This document shows positions 19,990-29,505 of a DNA stretch of 64,000 nucleotides, piece by piece (the first letter of the stretch is position 1; each line of letters starts with the position of its first letter). The notes beneath the pieces were generated by a model. It was not told where the DNA came from. It ran no database searches and worked only from the letters and a program-made list of their open reading frames with translations. A program made the position numbers and the translations under genes. The stretch is from Desulfosoma sp. (GTDB taxonomy: Bacteria > Desulfobacterota > Syntrophobacteria > Syntrophobacterales > DSM-9756), in assembly GCA_037481835.1 (NCBI GenBank), contig JBBFKW010000013.1, positions 84,576-148,575 on the forward strand, written 5' to 3'.

Positions 19990-20129
19990 TCCACTATCCG
20001 GGCGGAGCCTCGAGCAGGGGTCACTCGAACCCGACGCTGAGGATCTCTCGGGAGCAGCCCCAGGGGCACCAGGGGACCCCCCTAAAGGGTGCACCGGATC
20101 GAGCCCGGTGTCGGAAAGGGGCGATCCGC

Positions 20130-23100
20130 TCATTGCCGAGCAGCGGAAGTGTCGGGCTGCTGTTCGGGAGCCGGCGGGTTTGGGATGACGACGTGGCGGC
20201 GCACAACGATGGCACAGGCTCTGGCCACGTTGGCTTTCATGGAGTGGAGCACGCGGATCGACCGCTCCACCCATTCCATGACCGAAGCGCGCGAGACCCC
20301 GGGGACGGGGCTCGCCAGGGACCGTTCCGCATTGGCCCGCGCGGCTCGTATCAGATCATCAATGGATTCATCAAGCTGGCGCCGGGCCGGGGCGATGAGG
20401 GTTTCCAAGTGGGCCGCGACACGTTCCGGATCCCTTCGGGCGGCAGACAGAATGCGCCACGCGTCTTCGAAGAGAGACCGTGCGGAATGAATCCGAGCGA
20501 GGTCTATCCCGTTTTGTCCGGCTGCCACCAAAAGCCGGTCACAGTATTTCATGAGGTCTTTGGCCGTTTTTCCGGTGAAGCCCCGGCTTGCAGCCTCGGC
20601 GGCGACATGGGAAATCATCGCCAAATCGTCCAGGAAAGACATGTAGTTCATGGCCGGAGAAAGCGGCGTAAAGGGGCCGAGCCGAACATGGGCAATATTT
20701 TCTCGTCGCGTCACATGGCGAGCGGCTCCGCCGGGGCTGGCGTAAGGGCCCTCCACGGCGGCATTGACCCGTGATTGGATTCGGGCCATCTCTTCCGCTA
20801 GAGCGGCTTTTCGGGCTGGATCCGTTTCCATGACGAACCGTCGGTGGATGTCGTCCAGCTGGAGTTCCAAGCGGGCTCGCAGTGTTGGGTCGGACGAGAG
20901 CCGGCGCAGTTCGTCCAGCCGTTCAGTGACCCTTTCCATGGGAACGCCCGCGTCCCGAGCGTAACGTTCCACGGTCTCCCGAGGGGTGCCTTCCCGGAGC
21001 ATCCGGGCCAGGGTATTGAGTTCCGTTTCTCGGACCATGCGCTGCTCCACTTCGCGGGCCGCACGGCCTGGAAGATCGGCAAAGAAGTGGAGACGCCGCG
21101 GGTCGGAAAAGATGTCGGCATCCAGCAGCTGACGCCATGCGGATCCATACCGTCTTTCCATTACGGTTATGGCGTAGTTGCGATAGAAGGTGGCGTCGGG
21201 TCCCAAGAAGCTGATATCCACATCGCTGGTCATGGCGTTGGTGCCGGTCCGTTGCATGTGGGGGGGCCCGATGGTCCGGCCCGTGAGTCCCGGGCCCAGT
21301 TCGCTTGCCGCATTTTGCATTTCCTCCCTCAACAATTCAACTTGGCGCAGCCGCCAGGCCTGCATCCGGTTCATGACTTCCACCCCTTGATCCCCGGACC
21401 GCGCCAAAGCGCGGGCCACATCGGACCATTTGCCGCCGTGGAGGACGATGACCGCACCGGCGTTCCCGCCCATTTCATTGAGCTGGCGGGCCACCAAGGC
21501 GGCGTATTCCTGAGCGGCCTGGCTTCCTTCCCCGAGAGCGCGCCGCATCAAAGCGGCGTGTTCCGCGATCTGAGCCGCGGCTCTGTGTCGAGTGATGTCG
21601 GGAAACAGGCGGGCGACGCTGTCTGAGTCCCGCATGAGCTCTCGAGAGAGGCGGCTTTGCATCTCCGGGGCGGCCCTTTGAAAAACCTCCGCGCCGGCAC
21701 GGCGCCCTCCGGATCGAAAAGCACTTTTGATAGCGTCCCCCAGTAGGGGCACAAAGCCCACGAGGGCCATGACCGTCTGAAGCTTCCCTTCGCGGCCTCC
21801 CGTCTGCCACATTTTGTGAATACCGGCGGCCACATCGCGGGCGTCTGCAATCTGCCCCACGATGGGAATGCATCCCACGAGAATCTGCCCGGTTGTTGCA
21901 GCGACTGAGGGTTCCTCGAACCAATCGCCGAAAATGGCGCCCACGGCGAATTCTTCCACAGGGTTCAGGCCCGTGGAGTATTCCGTGTGGCGCCACCCCT
22001 CGGGGGTGCTTTCAAGCCATGCCCCGTCGGATGTGAGGATCTGTTCCACCTCCACTTGGGTGCCGCGCCGGAGGATATAGCCGTACCCGTCATCGTTGGG
22101 GCTGGTCAGATCCCTGAGGTGCACCTGGGGATCCAGTTCGTAGATATGCAGCCAATTGTCCGGAGCGCGCAAAACGACACGAGCTCCACGGAGCCGGAAA
22201 AGCCTTGCGAGCATTTCCCGCCGGCCCCGACTGTCGTTGTAATATCCATGCAATTCGCCGATTTCCCATCCGACGCGCACCGTGGTGTTCCACAATCGGC
22301 CGTGGATTTCGCCGATCACGCGACCGCGCACATCATGGAAGTGCCCGCCCATCTGGCGCCTGAGCTCAAGCATTTCCTCGAGGGTTTTCAACTGGGCGTG
22401 GACCAAAACCCTCTCATAATCAAGCCAGAAGCGCTGGATGGACATCACGTCCCGGAACCGCACACGACCGTTTTCGTGGGGGAATTGCCATTGACCCGGG
22501 CCCCAGCGGTAAATGAGCAAGGGCTGTGGCGGGTATCCGTCGGGAATGGTGAGGATCATGGGAAAGCTGATGAGTTCCCGGTAAAGTCTCTGTTTGTAGA
22601 GGCGCACCTCGGCCGGTGCTTCGGCTTCGGTTCCCACGACGTCTTCCGCCAGAACGCGGTCGGTGGGGATGACGAGAAAGCGATTCTCCCGGTCGATGGC
22701 CATTTGGCGGCCCGCCTGTTCCAGGAGCCGTTCTCGACGACGGACGTCTGTGGACAAGATGGACGAACGGATCGGATCAATGAGTCGCTCAAGGCGTTCC
22801 ACTTCACGCCGCGCATCCAAGCCGCGTTGGATCTGCCGGACCTGGTCCTGGGAAAGGACGGAGACCAGGTGGGGAAAATCGCGGTTGAGGACTTCCTGTG
22901 CGTCGATTCGCGCCGGGGCGGGCGCCGCGCGCCCGGAGGATCGACGGCCGTGATCTTTCATCACGACCGAAGGCTTCCCTTCACCTAAAATGTTTTGCGC
23001 GACGGGCCTGTTTCCGGCCGAAAAAGACTTGTCCGGGATGGCGTGCGTTTCGTTCGAGCTCATGGCATCCAATGCCTCCGCGATATGCTCGGCTTGGATT

Positions 23101-24353
23101 TCCAAGGGGTCATCGGGGTGACTGACGGCAAGGTTCCATCCCAGGGTCCGGGCGGCGACGGATCCTTCCGCGTGCTGGACGACGTGGACGAGTTCGTGGG
23201 CCAGAAGCCGACGGCCTTGGGAATTTTGGGGAGTGTAGAGGCCGTTTCGAAAATAGATGTCTCTGCCCCACGTGAACGCTCGAGCTCCCACGGTTTGAGC
23301 CAAGGTGTCCGATCGGGCGTCCTGATGGATTCTGACGGGCGACAGGTCTGCACCTAGATGATCTTCCATGTCGTGACGCAGGCCCAGGTCCAAAGCCGAA
23401 CCACGCCCTTCGGACCACTCCAAGGCCCGCATCACGACGGCCGCGATGGGTGCCGACAGCTCCGGTGCGTTTTCCTTCTTTCGCTGCAAGGGGGCGAAGG
23501 GTTCCGGAGTGGGCGGGCCGCCGATGGGATGGGGCGAACCGGGCCCGAAGCCCCATTCGGAGGGAAGGAGGGCACCGAGGTCCACGTGGGCCCCAAACAT
23601 GACACTGTCCGGGCCGGTATAAAGTTCGACGTGAAGCCAATCCACACCGGGGATGGGCACAGGACGGCCGTTGAGGAGGGGGAGCACCCGGTTTCGTGCT
23701 GAAGGATTGGAAAGCACCCCCGCCAAGGTTCCCCCCCCGATTACGGCGAAGGCACTGACCACCATCGCCCTTTCTCCGGGAGAAGCATGGCCCCAGACCC
23801 CCAAGGCATGGTCTCTCGCCGATTCCTGCAAATTTTCCAGCATGCGGGCTACCGGCTCTGTAGCCGCCAAAGCGCGGGCCACGTCGCCCAACGTTCCTTC
23901 GCGGGGTGGGGACGGACCCGGGGAAGGCGCCCGCACGGAAGTGCCCTGAGACGGGGTTGGGGGCTGCGTGAGGGAAGGCAGCCATGGGGCGGTTTCCACC
24001 CTTTCGGCGCCTTCCATTACAAGGTTGTGCAGGCGTGTTGGATCCAGTTGCTCCGCCATGAGCCATTCAATGCGTCGCTCAATGTCCGGATCCAGCTCCA
24101 GTCTCAAGGATGAAAGCCCCAAATGATAACGGGAAAACGGTTCGGGGGGCTGCAGCACGGAGGAGACTCCCAAGGTCAGTCGCGGTGCAAAGGAAGCCGA
24201 TGTTGGTCCGTCGTCGGGCGAGCGCTGGAGGACCGCTCCGGGAGAGCCTGAAGCTCGGCACGGGCGACTGCCTTTCCGGCCGATTCCTAAAGCGGCGGTA
24301 TCTTTCGTTTGTGAGCCTCTCGTGGGTCTTTTGTCATGATTCAGGGAGGGCAT
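20130..24353 (-). CDS. DUF4157 (eCIS core domain) polymorphic effector, 1407 aa, with pre-toxin-like segment and putative nucleotidyltransferase C-terminus
   Basis: MEDHLGADLSPVRIH...ARAFTWGRDIYF...LLAHELVHVVQ (~23175-23395); GCIPIVGQIADARD...LVGFVPLLGDAIK; GTNAMTSDVDISF. Confidence 0.85.
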   Translation of the reverse strand: MPSLNHDKRPTRGSQTKDTAALGIGRKGSRPCRASGSPGAVLQRSPDDGPTSASFAPRLTLGVSSVLQPPEPFSRYHLGLSSLRLELDPDIERRIEWLMAEQLDPTRLHNLVMEGAERVETAPWLPSLTQPPTPSQGTSVRAPSPGPSPPREGTLGDVARALAATEPVARMLENLQESARDHALGVWGHASPGERAMVVSAFAVIGGGTLAGVLSNPSARNRVLPLLNGRPVPIPGVDWLHVELYTGPDSVMFGAHVDLGALLPSEWGFGPGSPHPIGGPPTPEPFAPLQRKKENAPELSAPIAAVVMRALEWSEGRGSALDLGLRHDMEDHLGADLSPVRIHQDARSDTLAQTVGARAFTWGRDIYFRNGLYTPQNSQGRRLLAHELVHVVQHAEGSVAARTLGWNLAVSHPDDPLEIQAEHIAEALDAMSSNETHAIPDKSFSAGNRPVAQNILGEGKPSVVMKDHGRRSSGRAAPAPARIDAQEVLNRDFPHLVSVLSQDQVRQIQRGLDARREVERLERLIDPIRSSILSTDVRRRERLLEQAGRQMAIDRENRFLVIPTDRVLAEDVVGTEAEAPAEVRLYKQRLYRELISFPMILTIPDGYPPQPLLIYRWGPGQWQFPHENGRVRFRDVMSIQRFWLDYERVLVHAQLKTLEEMLELRRQMGGHFHDVRGRVIGEIHGRLWNTTVRVGWEIGELHGYYNDSRGRREMLARLFRLRGARVVLRAPDNWLHIYELDPQVHLRDLTSPNDDGYGYILRRGTQVEVEQILTSDGAWLESTPEGWRHTEYSTGLNPVEEFAVGAIFGDWFEEPSVAATTGQILVGCIPIVGQIADARDVAAGIHKMWQTGGREGKLQTVMALVGFVPLLGDAIKSAFRSGGRRAGAEVFQRAAPEMQSRLSRELMRDSDSVARLFPDITRHRAAAQIAEHAALMRRALGEGSQAAQEYAALVARQLNEMGGNAGAVIVLHGGKWSDVARALARSGDQGVEVMNRMQAWRLRQVELLREEMQNAASELGPGLTGRTIGPPHMQRTGTNAMTSDVDISFLGPDATFYRNYAITVMERRYGSAWRQLLDADIFSDPRRLHFFADLPGRAAREVEQRMVRETELNTLARMLREGTPRETVERYARDAGVPMERVTERLDELRRLSSDPTLRARLELQLDDIHRRFVMETDPARKAALAEEMARIQSRVNAAVEGPYASPGGAARHVTRRENIAHVRLGPFTPLSPAMNYMSFLDDLAMISHVAAEAASRGFTGKTAKDLMKYCDRLLVAAGQNGIDLARIHSARSLFEDAWRILSAARRDPERVAAHLETLIAPARRQLDESIDDLIRAARANAERSLASPVPGVSRASVMEWVERSIRVLHSMKANVARACAIVVRRHVVIPNPPAPEQQPDTSAARQ

Positions 24354-24464
24354 GGAAAATCCTTATTGTGTGGATTCCGCCTCTCGGTTGGAGTCGAAGG
24401 CGGGAAAGATGTTTTCCGGCCGCGTGTGGCACCGAACGCGGGGCTTCCCCCAAAGGGGTCCCCG

Positions 24465-27404
24465 TCATTTCTTTTCCGGCTTCAGCCAAAGGCTGATTGC
24501 CATGACGGCCAAGGCGGCCAGAACAGGCAGCACAAACCAGAGGTTCCGGAAAAACAGCCCCGTAGCCCCACAGGCCAGCAAGGCCGCCACGCTCGAGACG
24601 ACGAAAATCGGATAGATTCGAGGTTCATGTCTTTGAGCGTGGATCAGGTGGTAGACGAAAGCCAACGGTGTTCGCAAAACCCAGCGCGGCATCCGCCGGG
24701 AGAAAAAGCCTCCCATGCGCTTTCGTCCCTGGAGGGCGTTCCGAAAGATGCCCCATACCAAGAGGTAGGTCTGGCAGGCGTATTCGGCGAGAATGTGCGC
24801 CGGTACGGCTGCGTTGGGGCCCACGACCGTCTGGGAACCCATGGCCTTTTCGTGGAGGTCGGCGCCGCAGTCTTTGACCGCCGCTCTTGCCTGGGCGGCC
24901 CTCTCTTTGGCTCGGGCTTCCACGGCCGTTTGGTTGGTGCCCGAATTCACGCCGGTTGCGTCCGAGATGGTCCCCCACGTGATTTCCTGGAAGTAGAGAT
25001 CCTCGTAGAGGGTTCCCAAGTCCCCACACACGGCGCTGTACTGGGCCGCCGTGATGAAACGGTCCCGAAAGGCCGTAAGCTTTTCCATCCAGGCGGTTTT
25101 CTCGATATCTTCACAGGGTGCCTGCGGCCGCGTATCCAGCAGGTCTCTCCAGGCGCGGAGCAACCCTTTCTTGTGCGGCAGGGGGCAGCCCTCAAAATGG
25201 GCGTCCAGGGTTTCCATGGTGATGACGTCGGGAAGGTTCCAGCGCTGCCGCCACAGGCGCTCCCGAGCGCTCGCGTCGAGAAGACTGCGCACGATTTGGC
25301 AAATTCCGTCCAGCCTTCCCCAAAGGATGTCATTGGCGCGCCAATCACGTCGGAAAAAGGCGGCGAAGTGAGCCATATCATCGCCTGTGACTTTCGACGC
25401 GGGAGCGAGGGCGCTCAGACCGATCTGGGCGTCTTTCGGGCTGATCCGTACGTATTCGATCTCGTCCAGTTCGTGGATCCGAGCGGCGAACTCCAACGGG
25501 TAAAAGGCGCGCTCCAAAATGACGAAATCGGCAATGGGGTCTCCGGCTTCGGGGATGGATCGAACAATCAGGGACAAAGCTTCATGAACCACCGTAAGGA
25601 TGGTCCTTTCAGTGCCTCGGGGCGCCGGGAGCCGCTCCAACCGGCTCGGTTCCGCCTGCGTGATCCAATGCCACGCATCAAATGCGGCTCGAGAGAGAAT
25701 TTCCGACCCGAGCGGTCCTGCTTGGCGGTCGGCGACGAGACGGACATGCATCGCGGGATCCGTTGCAGCGGGTGCCGAGGGGAGGCCGTCCACGAGGGGG
25801 CGCCAGATGGGGTTTTGCGCATCCACAAAAGCGGCGAAGGCTTTGAGCACAAGATCCGCCGTCATCCCTTCGCCGCCGTGTGTCCTTTCGAAGAGGGTGT
25901 CCCGGAGCAGGAAGAGCCGGTTTCGGATCATCTGGAGCGCCTTGATCACCCTGCCCACGGCTTGAACCGCTTCGAGCAGGCCCTGGGGAGCGGGGCCGCC
26001 TGCATCATCGAGGCGTTCGTAGAGGTGATAGAGCCCATGAAAGGCGCAGCGCACATGCCATTCCACGTCGTACGGAAGGAGCTGGGGCACGGACGCCGCC
26101 GTCAGGTCCCGGGGCGGTTCCAAAGTGTGGGTGAAGTGCAGAAGCATCTGCCGAAGAGCATCGAAAAGGCGCTTTCGAACGGGATCCTTGATTTCCGTTT
26201 TGGCCGAAGGGACGTCGTCGCTGTCCGAAACCATGAGCGTGCATAGGCCGTCGATACGGACCCTGCGGTAGACTTCAAAAGAGGTGCCGTCGGCGGTTGG
26301 ACCGGTCGAGGGAGTTTCTCCGCGGGCGATCTGAAGGTAGTTTTCCTTGATGCGCCGGAGCCAGCGGATTCGGGCATTGTGCGCTTTCAGGTTTTCCAGG
26401 TCTTCTCCGATGCTTTCATGGGACGGGATGGTGCTCAGCGAAGCCACGGCCACCCGGAAAGGGTTTTGAAGGCGCCGGGATGCGTCGTCGGTGAGCGCGG
26501 TGAAATGCTCGGGGTCGGGCTCCACGTAAAACAGGCGCCGATCCACGAGCCTATGGGGCATCCGGTAGAAGATGGCCTCCAGGACGGGACCGAAAGGTTT
26601 GTTGTCCAAAACGCCTCCATCCACGTACACATGATGGCGCGGTTTGAGACCGCTCGCCGCCTCCAGCGCGTCCCGAACTTTTTCGCGCCGGTCTTCGGGC
26701 AATTGGTCCAGGGAAAATGGAGGGAAAGCCACAGGAAACGTGGAGGTGATTCGGGCTACGGAGGCGAGGATGCAGGCCCGCAGGGACACATCGACTTCTT
26801 TGCCGGACGGCACGTGCCCTAGGCCGAGCATCTTCCGCCCCGGGCGGTGCTGCAGTCGGAAGACGGTGCGATGGGTCTTGTCGTCGATGCGTCCGCCCAG
26901 CGAATCCCAGGATGTGCTCACAATGCCTTCCAGGTTCGTCCCGGTGATGAAAACATCCATTTCGCCGGGGCTGGCATCACGGACATCGGTCGGGGTCAGG
27001 ATGCGCTGAAAGGCTTCTTCCAGCCTCTTTTGGTAATAACCCTCGCCGTCCAGAAGCGAGACGGCCTCGTCCGCTGCGGACACCGGGCGCATGAGTCGCC
27101 CGAGATCCCCGTGTTTTCTCCACAGATCGGCGGTTGAGGTGAAATCGCCTCCCGATTCCAGAGCGGCGGCGAGGAACAGACCGTTGATTCCTCCCGCCGA
27201 GGTTCCCGCCACCACATCCACAACGGCATCGGCGTCCAGCAGCTGGAGCAGAGGCCCGAAGGGCCCGTGCCCCCTCACCAGATCGAAGAAAGCCCGCGTG
27301 ACCCCGTTTTCATAGACGGCCAAGGAGACGCCGCCGTACAGCACCAGGGCGATGCGAATCTCCCGACTGCGGGTTCCCTGTGCTCGTGTGCCTTGAAGAG
27401 CCAT
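24465..27404 (-). CDS. Patatin-like phospholipase (DUF3376-type) with C-terminal TM helices
   Basis: LVLYGGVSLAVY glycine loop, GTSAG nucleophile elbow, DGG catalytic Asp, HFAAFFRRDWRANDILWGRLDG; hydrophobic C-terminus. Confidence 0.9.
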   Translation of the reverse strand: MALQGTRAQGTRSREIRIALVLYGGVSLAVYENGVTRAFFDLVRGHGPFGPLLQLLDADAVVDVVAGTSAGGINGLFLAAALESGGDFTSTADLWRKHGDLGRLMRPVSAADEAVSLLDGEGYYQKRLEEAFQRILTPTDVRDASPGEMDVFITGTNLEGIVSTSWDSLGGRIDDKTHRTVFRLQHRPGRKMLGLGHVPSGKEVDVSLRACILASVARITSTFPVAFPPFSLDQLPEDRREKVRDALEAASGLKPRHHVYVDGGVLDNKPFGPVLEAIFYRMPHRLVDRRLFYVEPDPEHFTALTDDASRRLQNPFRVAVASLSTIPSHESIGEDLENLKAHNARIRWLRRIKENYLQIARGETPSTGPTADGTSFEVYRRVRIDGLCTLMVSDSDDVPSAKTEIKDPVRKRLFDALRQMLLHFTHTLEPPRDLTAASVPQLLPYDVEWHVRCAFHGLYHLYERLDDAGGPAPQGLLEAVQAVGRVIKALQMIRNRLFLLRDTLFERTHGGEGMTADLVLKAFAAFVDAQNPIWRPLVDGLPSAPAATDPAMHVRLVADRQAGPLGSEILSRAAFDAWHWITQAEPSRLERLPAPRGTERTILTVVHEALSLIVRSIPEAGDPIADFVILERAFYPLEFAARIHELDEIEYVRISPKDAQIGLSALAPASKVTGDDMAHFAAFFRRDWRANDILWGRLDGICQIVRSLLDASARERLWRQRWNLPDVITMETLDAHFEGCPLPHKKGLLRAWRDLLDTRPQAPCEDIEKTAWMEKLTAFRDRFITAAQYSAVCGDLGTLYEDLYFQEITWGTISDATGVNSGTNQTAVEARAKERAAQARAAVKDCGADLHEKAMGSQTVVGPNAAVPAHILAEYACQTYLLVWGIFRNALQGRKRMGGFFSRRMPRWVLRTPLAFVYHLIHAQRHEPRIYPIFVVSSVAALLACGATGLFFRNLWFVLPVLAALAVMAISLWLKPEKK

Positions 27405-27418
27405 TTCTTCACTCCTTG

Positions 27419-29458
27419 TCACTCCGCCTCGAGAAGCACCGCGGGTATTTGGCGGCTCAGCTTTGTGTATTCCAGTTTCAGCCCTTCCATGACGTCTTGC
27501 CAGGATACGGGCCGGGCGGCTTCCAAGGCCAACACGGCGGCGGCCAGCACGGCGTTTCGGATATGACCGCCGCACACGTCCGCGTGGGCGGCCAAAAGGT
27601 TCATCTGAGCCGGGTGCAAGGCGTGTTTTTCGCCAAGGTGGGTTTTCCACAAGGCCCGGCGCTCTTCCGGACCGGGAGCCGGAAAATCCACCACGACGTC
27701 GATGCGGCGGCTGAAAGAGGAGTCGAATCGCGTGCGGCTGTTGCTCGTCAGAAGGATGATGCCTCTGTAGTCTTCGATCCTCTGCAGGAGGTAGTTGGTT
27801 TGCGCATTGGCGAACCGGTCGTTGGCGTCTTTCACGTCCGTCCGCTTGCCGAAAAGGGAATCGGCTTCATCGAAAAGCAGAATCACGTCCGCCTGTTCGG
27901 CGGCGGCAAGAAGCCGGGAAAGCTGTTTTTCCGTGTCGCCAACGTATTTGCTTGTTACGGCGGCAAGGTCCACGCGATACAAGGGGAACCCCAGGCGGGT
28001 GGCGAGCCAGGAGGCCGCCAGGGTTTTCCCCGTTCCGGAAGGACCCACGAAAAGGGCCCGGACCCCGGCTTTATAGGAGGCTTGCATGGTAATTCCCAGG
28101 ATGGGACCCAAGTCTTCCCGATGGCGGCACCGGGCTTCCAGAAGGTCGAGTTTGCGGCGCGTGGGTTCCGAAAGGACCAGAGCCGATTCCGGCACCCGAT
28201 CCGGAATGGGCTGCGCCAGAGTTTCCAGGCCGTCCCCGTGAAAAGCCGCTCGGCGGATGTCTTCCTTGTCGATTTGCGACCGCCCTCGCACCTGTGCTTC
28301 CATAAGGGCCAGTGCACTCAAACGGCGGATGCGATCGACGCCGTGCAGATGCGTCGCCGCGAGGGATTCCGCAGCCTCAGGATCGATACCGGATTCCAGC
28401 CACAGTCTCCGGCGTTCTTCCTTTCCCGGAAGAGGCGCCCACCATTGGGCCAGGGGGCCGCAGTCCGCCTCCGCAACCCCGTCCGGGCCGCAGACGGCCA
28501 AAACCGGCCCTGAATAGCCTTCAATGGAGGGCAGCCGGTGGACGAGTCCAGGTCCGGATTCCAAAACAAACACGGGAAGAAGCCGCTCCAGGCGGCAGTA
28601 AAGTCCGAAGCCGAGAAGCGGCAGGAAGCCTCCGGGAACATAGACGGCGCGCCGCCCCAAAGCCTGGGCGATGAGTTCCGCGGCCAATCGGGCATCGCCT
28701 CCCGACGAGGATCGGATGAGAAGTCCGGCGCTGGAGTGTTCCAATGCCCGGGCATGAGCCCGGGCTTCTCGCCGAAAGGTCTCCGGCATGTTTGGAGGCA
28801 GGGACGTGGGGGCAAGAGACGTTCCCGGCCAGGGTTTTCCAACGCCTCGCAGGGACAGGGCCAAAGGAAGGGGAATGGTCAACTGCTGATCGCACAGGGG
28901 CAGACTGTCGTCCGTTCGGTGCAATAAACCGTTTCTAGCGGCCGGTCCCGCCGCCAGAAGCGCCGTCGGGGAATCGCCTTCGGCAAGGTGCAGAAAAGCG
29001 CCCAAAGTCTGAGCCATCAATCCCACGCTGGGGCGGGCCGATCCGATGTGCGGCTGCAAAAAGGACACGATGTCAGCCGTATGGGGATCCTCCTCGCAAG
29101 CCAGACAGAGGGCGGCCGCAAGGGTTTCCAGAGGGGATAGAGACAGGTCTTCGCCGAGCGTCGCCAGCCGGGCGTCTTCAGGCCGTGGGCGCCGCAGGGA
29201 TTCCCGGATGGCCTCACGCCATTGGGCCACATAGGGAAACCGCTGTAAGACGCCGTGTAGCGCCGATTCCTGAGGGCGTTCCGGTGTTCGGCCCGTCTTT
29301 TCAAAATACAGAAATCCGCAGGGCCACAGGGCGAGGAAAGCCAGAGACGCTGATTCGGCGCCGACCGTGACGTGAGCATCGGGCAGGCCTTTTTCGGGCC
29401 GCTTCCAGCCCGAACCGCTTCCGACGTTATGATGGTTGGGAATGGTTTGAGGCCTCAT
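27419..29458 (-). CDS. eCIS AAA+ ATPase (Afp15/Pvc15-like); start uncertain
   Basis: GPSGTGKT Walker A, SKYVGDTEK, LLFDEADSLFGKR Walker B, DRFANAQTNYLLQRIE. Confidence 0.92.
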   Translation of the reverse strand: MRPQTIPNHHNVGSGSGWKRPEKGLPDAHVTVGAESASLAFLALWPCGFLYFEKTGRTPERPQESALHGVLQRFPYVAQWREAIRESLRRPRPEDARLATLGEDLSLSPLETLAAALCLACEEDPHTADIVSFLQPHIGSARPSVGLMAQTLGAFLHLAEGDSPTALLAAGPAARNGLLHRTDDSLPLCDQQLTIPLPLALSLRGVGKPWPGTSLAPTSLPPNMPETFRREARAHARALEHSSAGLLIRSSSGGDARLAAELIAQALGRRAVYVPGGFLPLLGFGLYCRLERLLPVFVLESGPGLVHRLPSIEGYSGPVLAVCGPDGVAEADCGPLAQWWAPLPGKEERRRLWLESGIDPEAAESLAATHLHGVDRIRRLSALALMEAQVRGRSQIDKEDIRRAAFHGDGLETLAQPIPDRVPESALVLSEPTRRKLDLLEARCRHREDLGPILGITMQASYKAGVRALFVGPSGTGKTLAASWLATRLGFPLYRVDLAAVTSKYVGDTEKQLSRLLAAAEQADVILLFDEADSLFGKRTDVKDANDRFANAQTNYLLQRIEDYRGIILLTSNSRTRFDSSFSRRIDVVVDFPAPGPEERRALWKTHLGEKHALHPAQMNLLAAHADVCGGHIRNAVLAAAVLALEAARPVSWQDVMEGLKLEYTKLSRQIPAVLLEAE

Positions 29459-29505
29459 GGCTTTACCTCGCAAGGGACCTTTCCCGACCGTGCGCGGGAG
29501 AATCT

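Noticed and set aside
19990..20129. tRNA-like GGGTTCGAGT on the minus strand between convergent genes
   Set aside because: I could not fold a cloverleaf or find a CCA end; only short hairpins
24336..26246. Long plus-strand ORFs (e.g. 24336-26246, 2821-4362, 54809-56182, 57190-58482)
   Set aside because: Antisense shadows of well-supported minus-strand genes in GC-rich DNA, with no recognisable motifs
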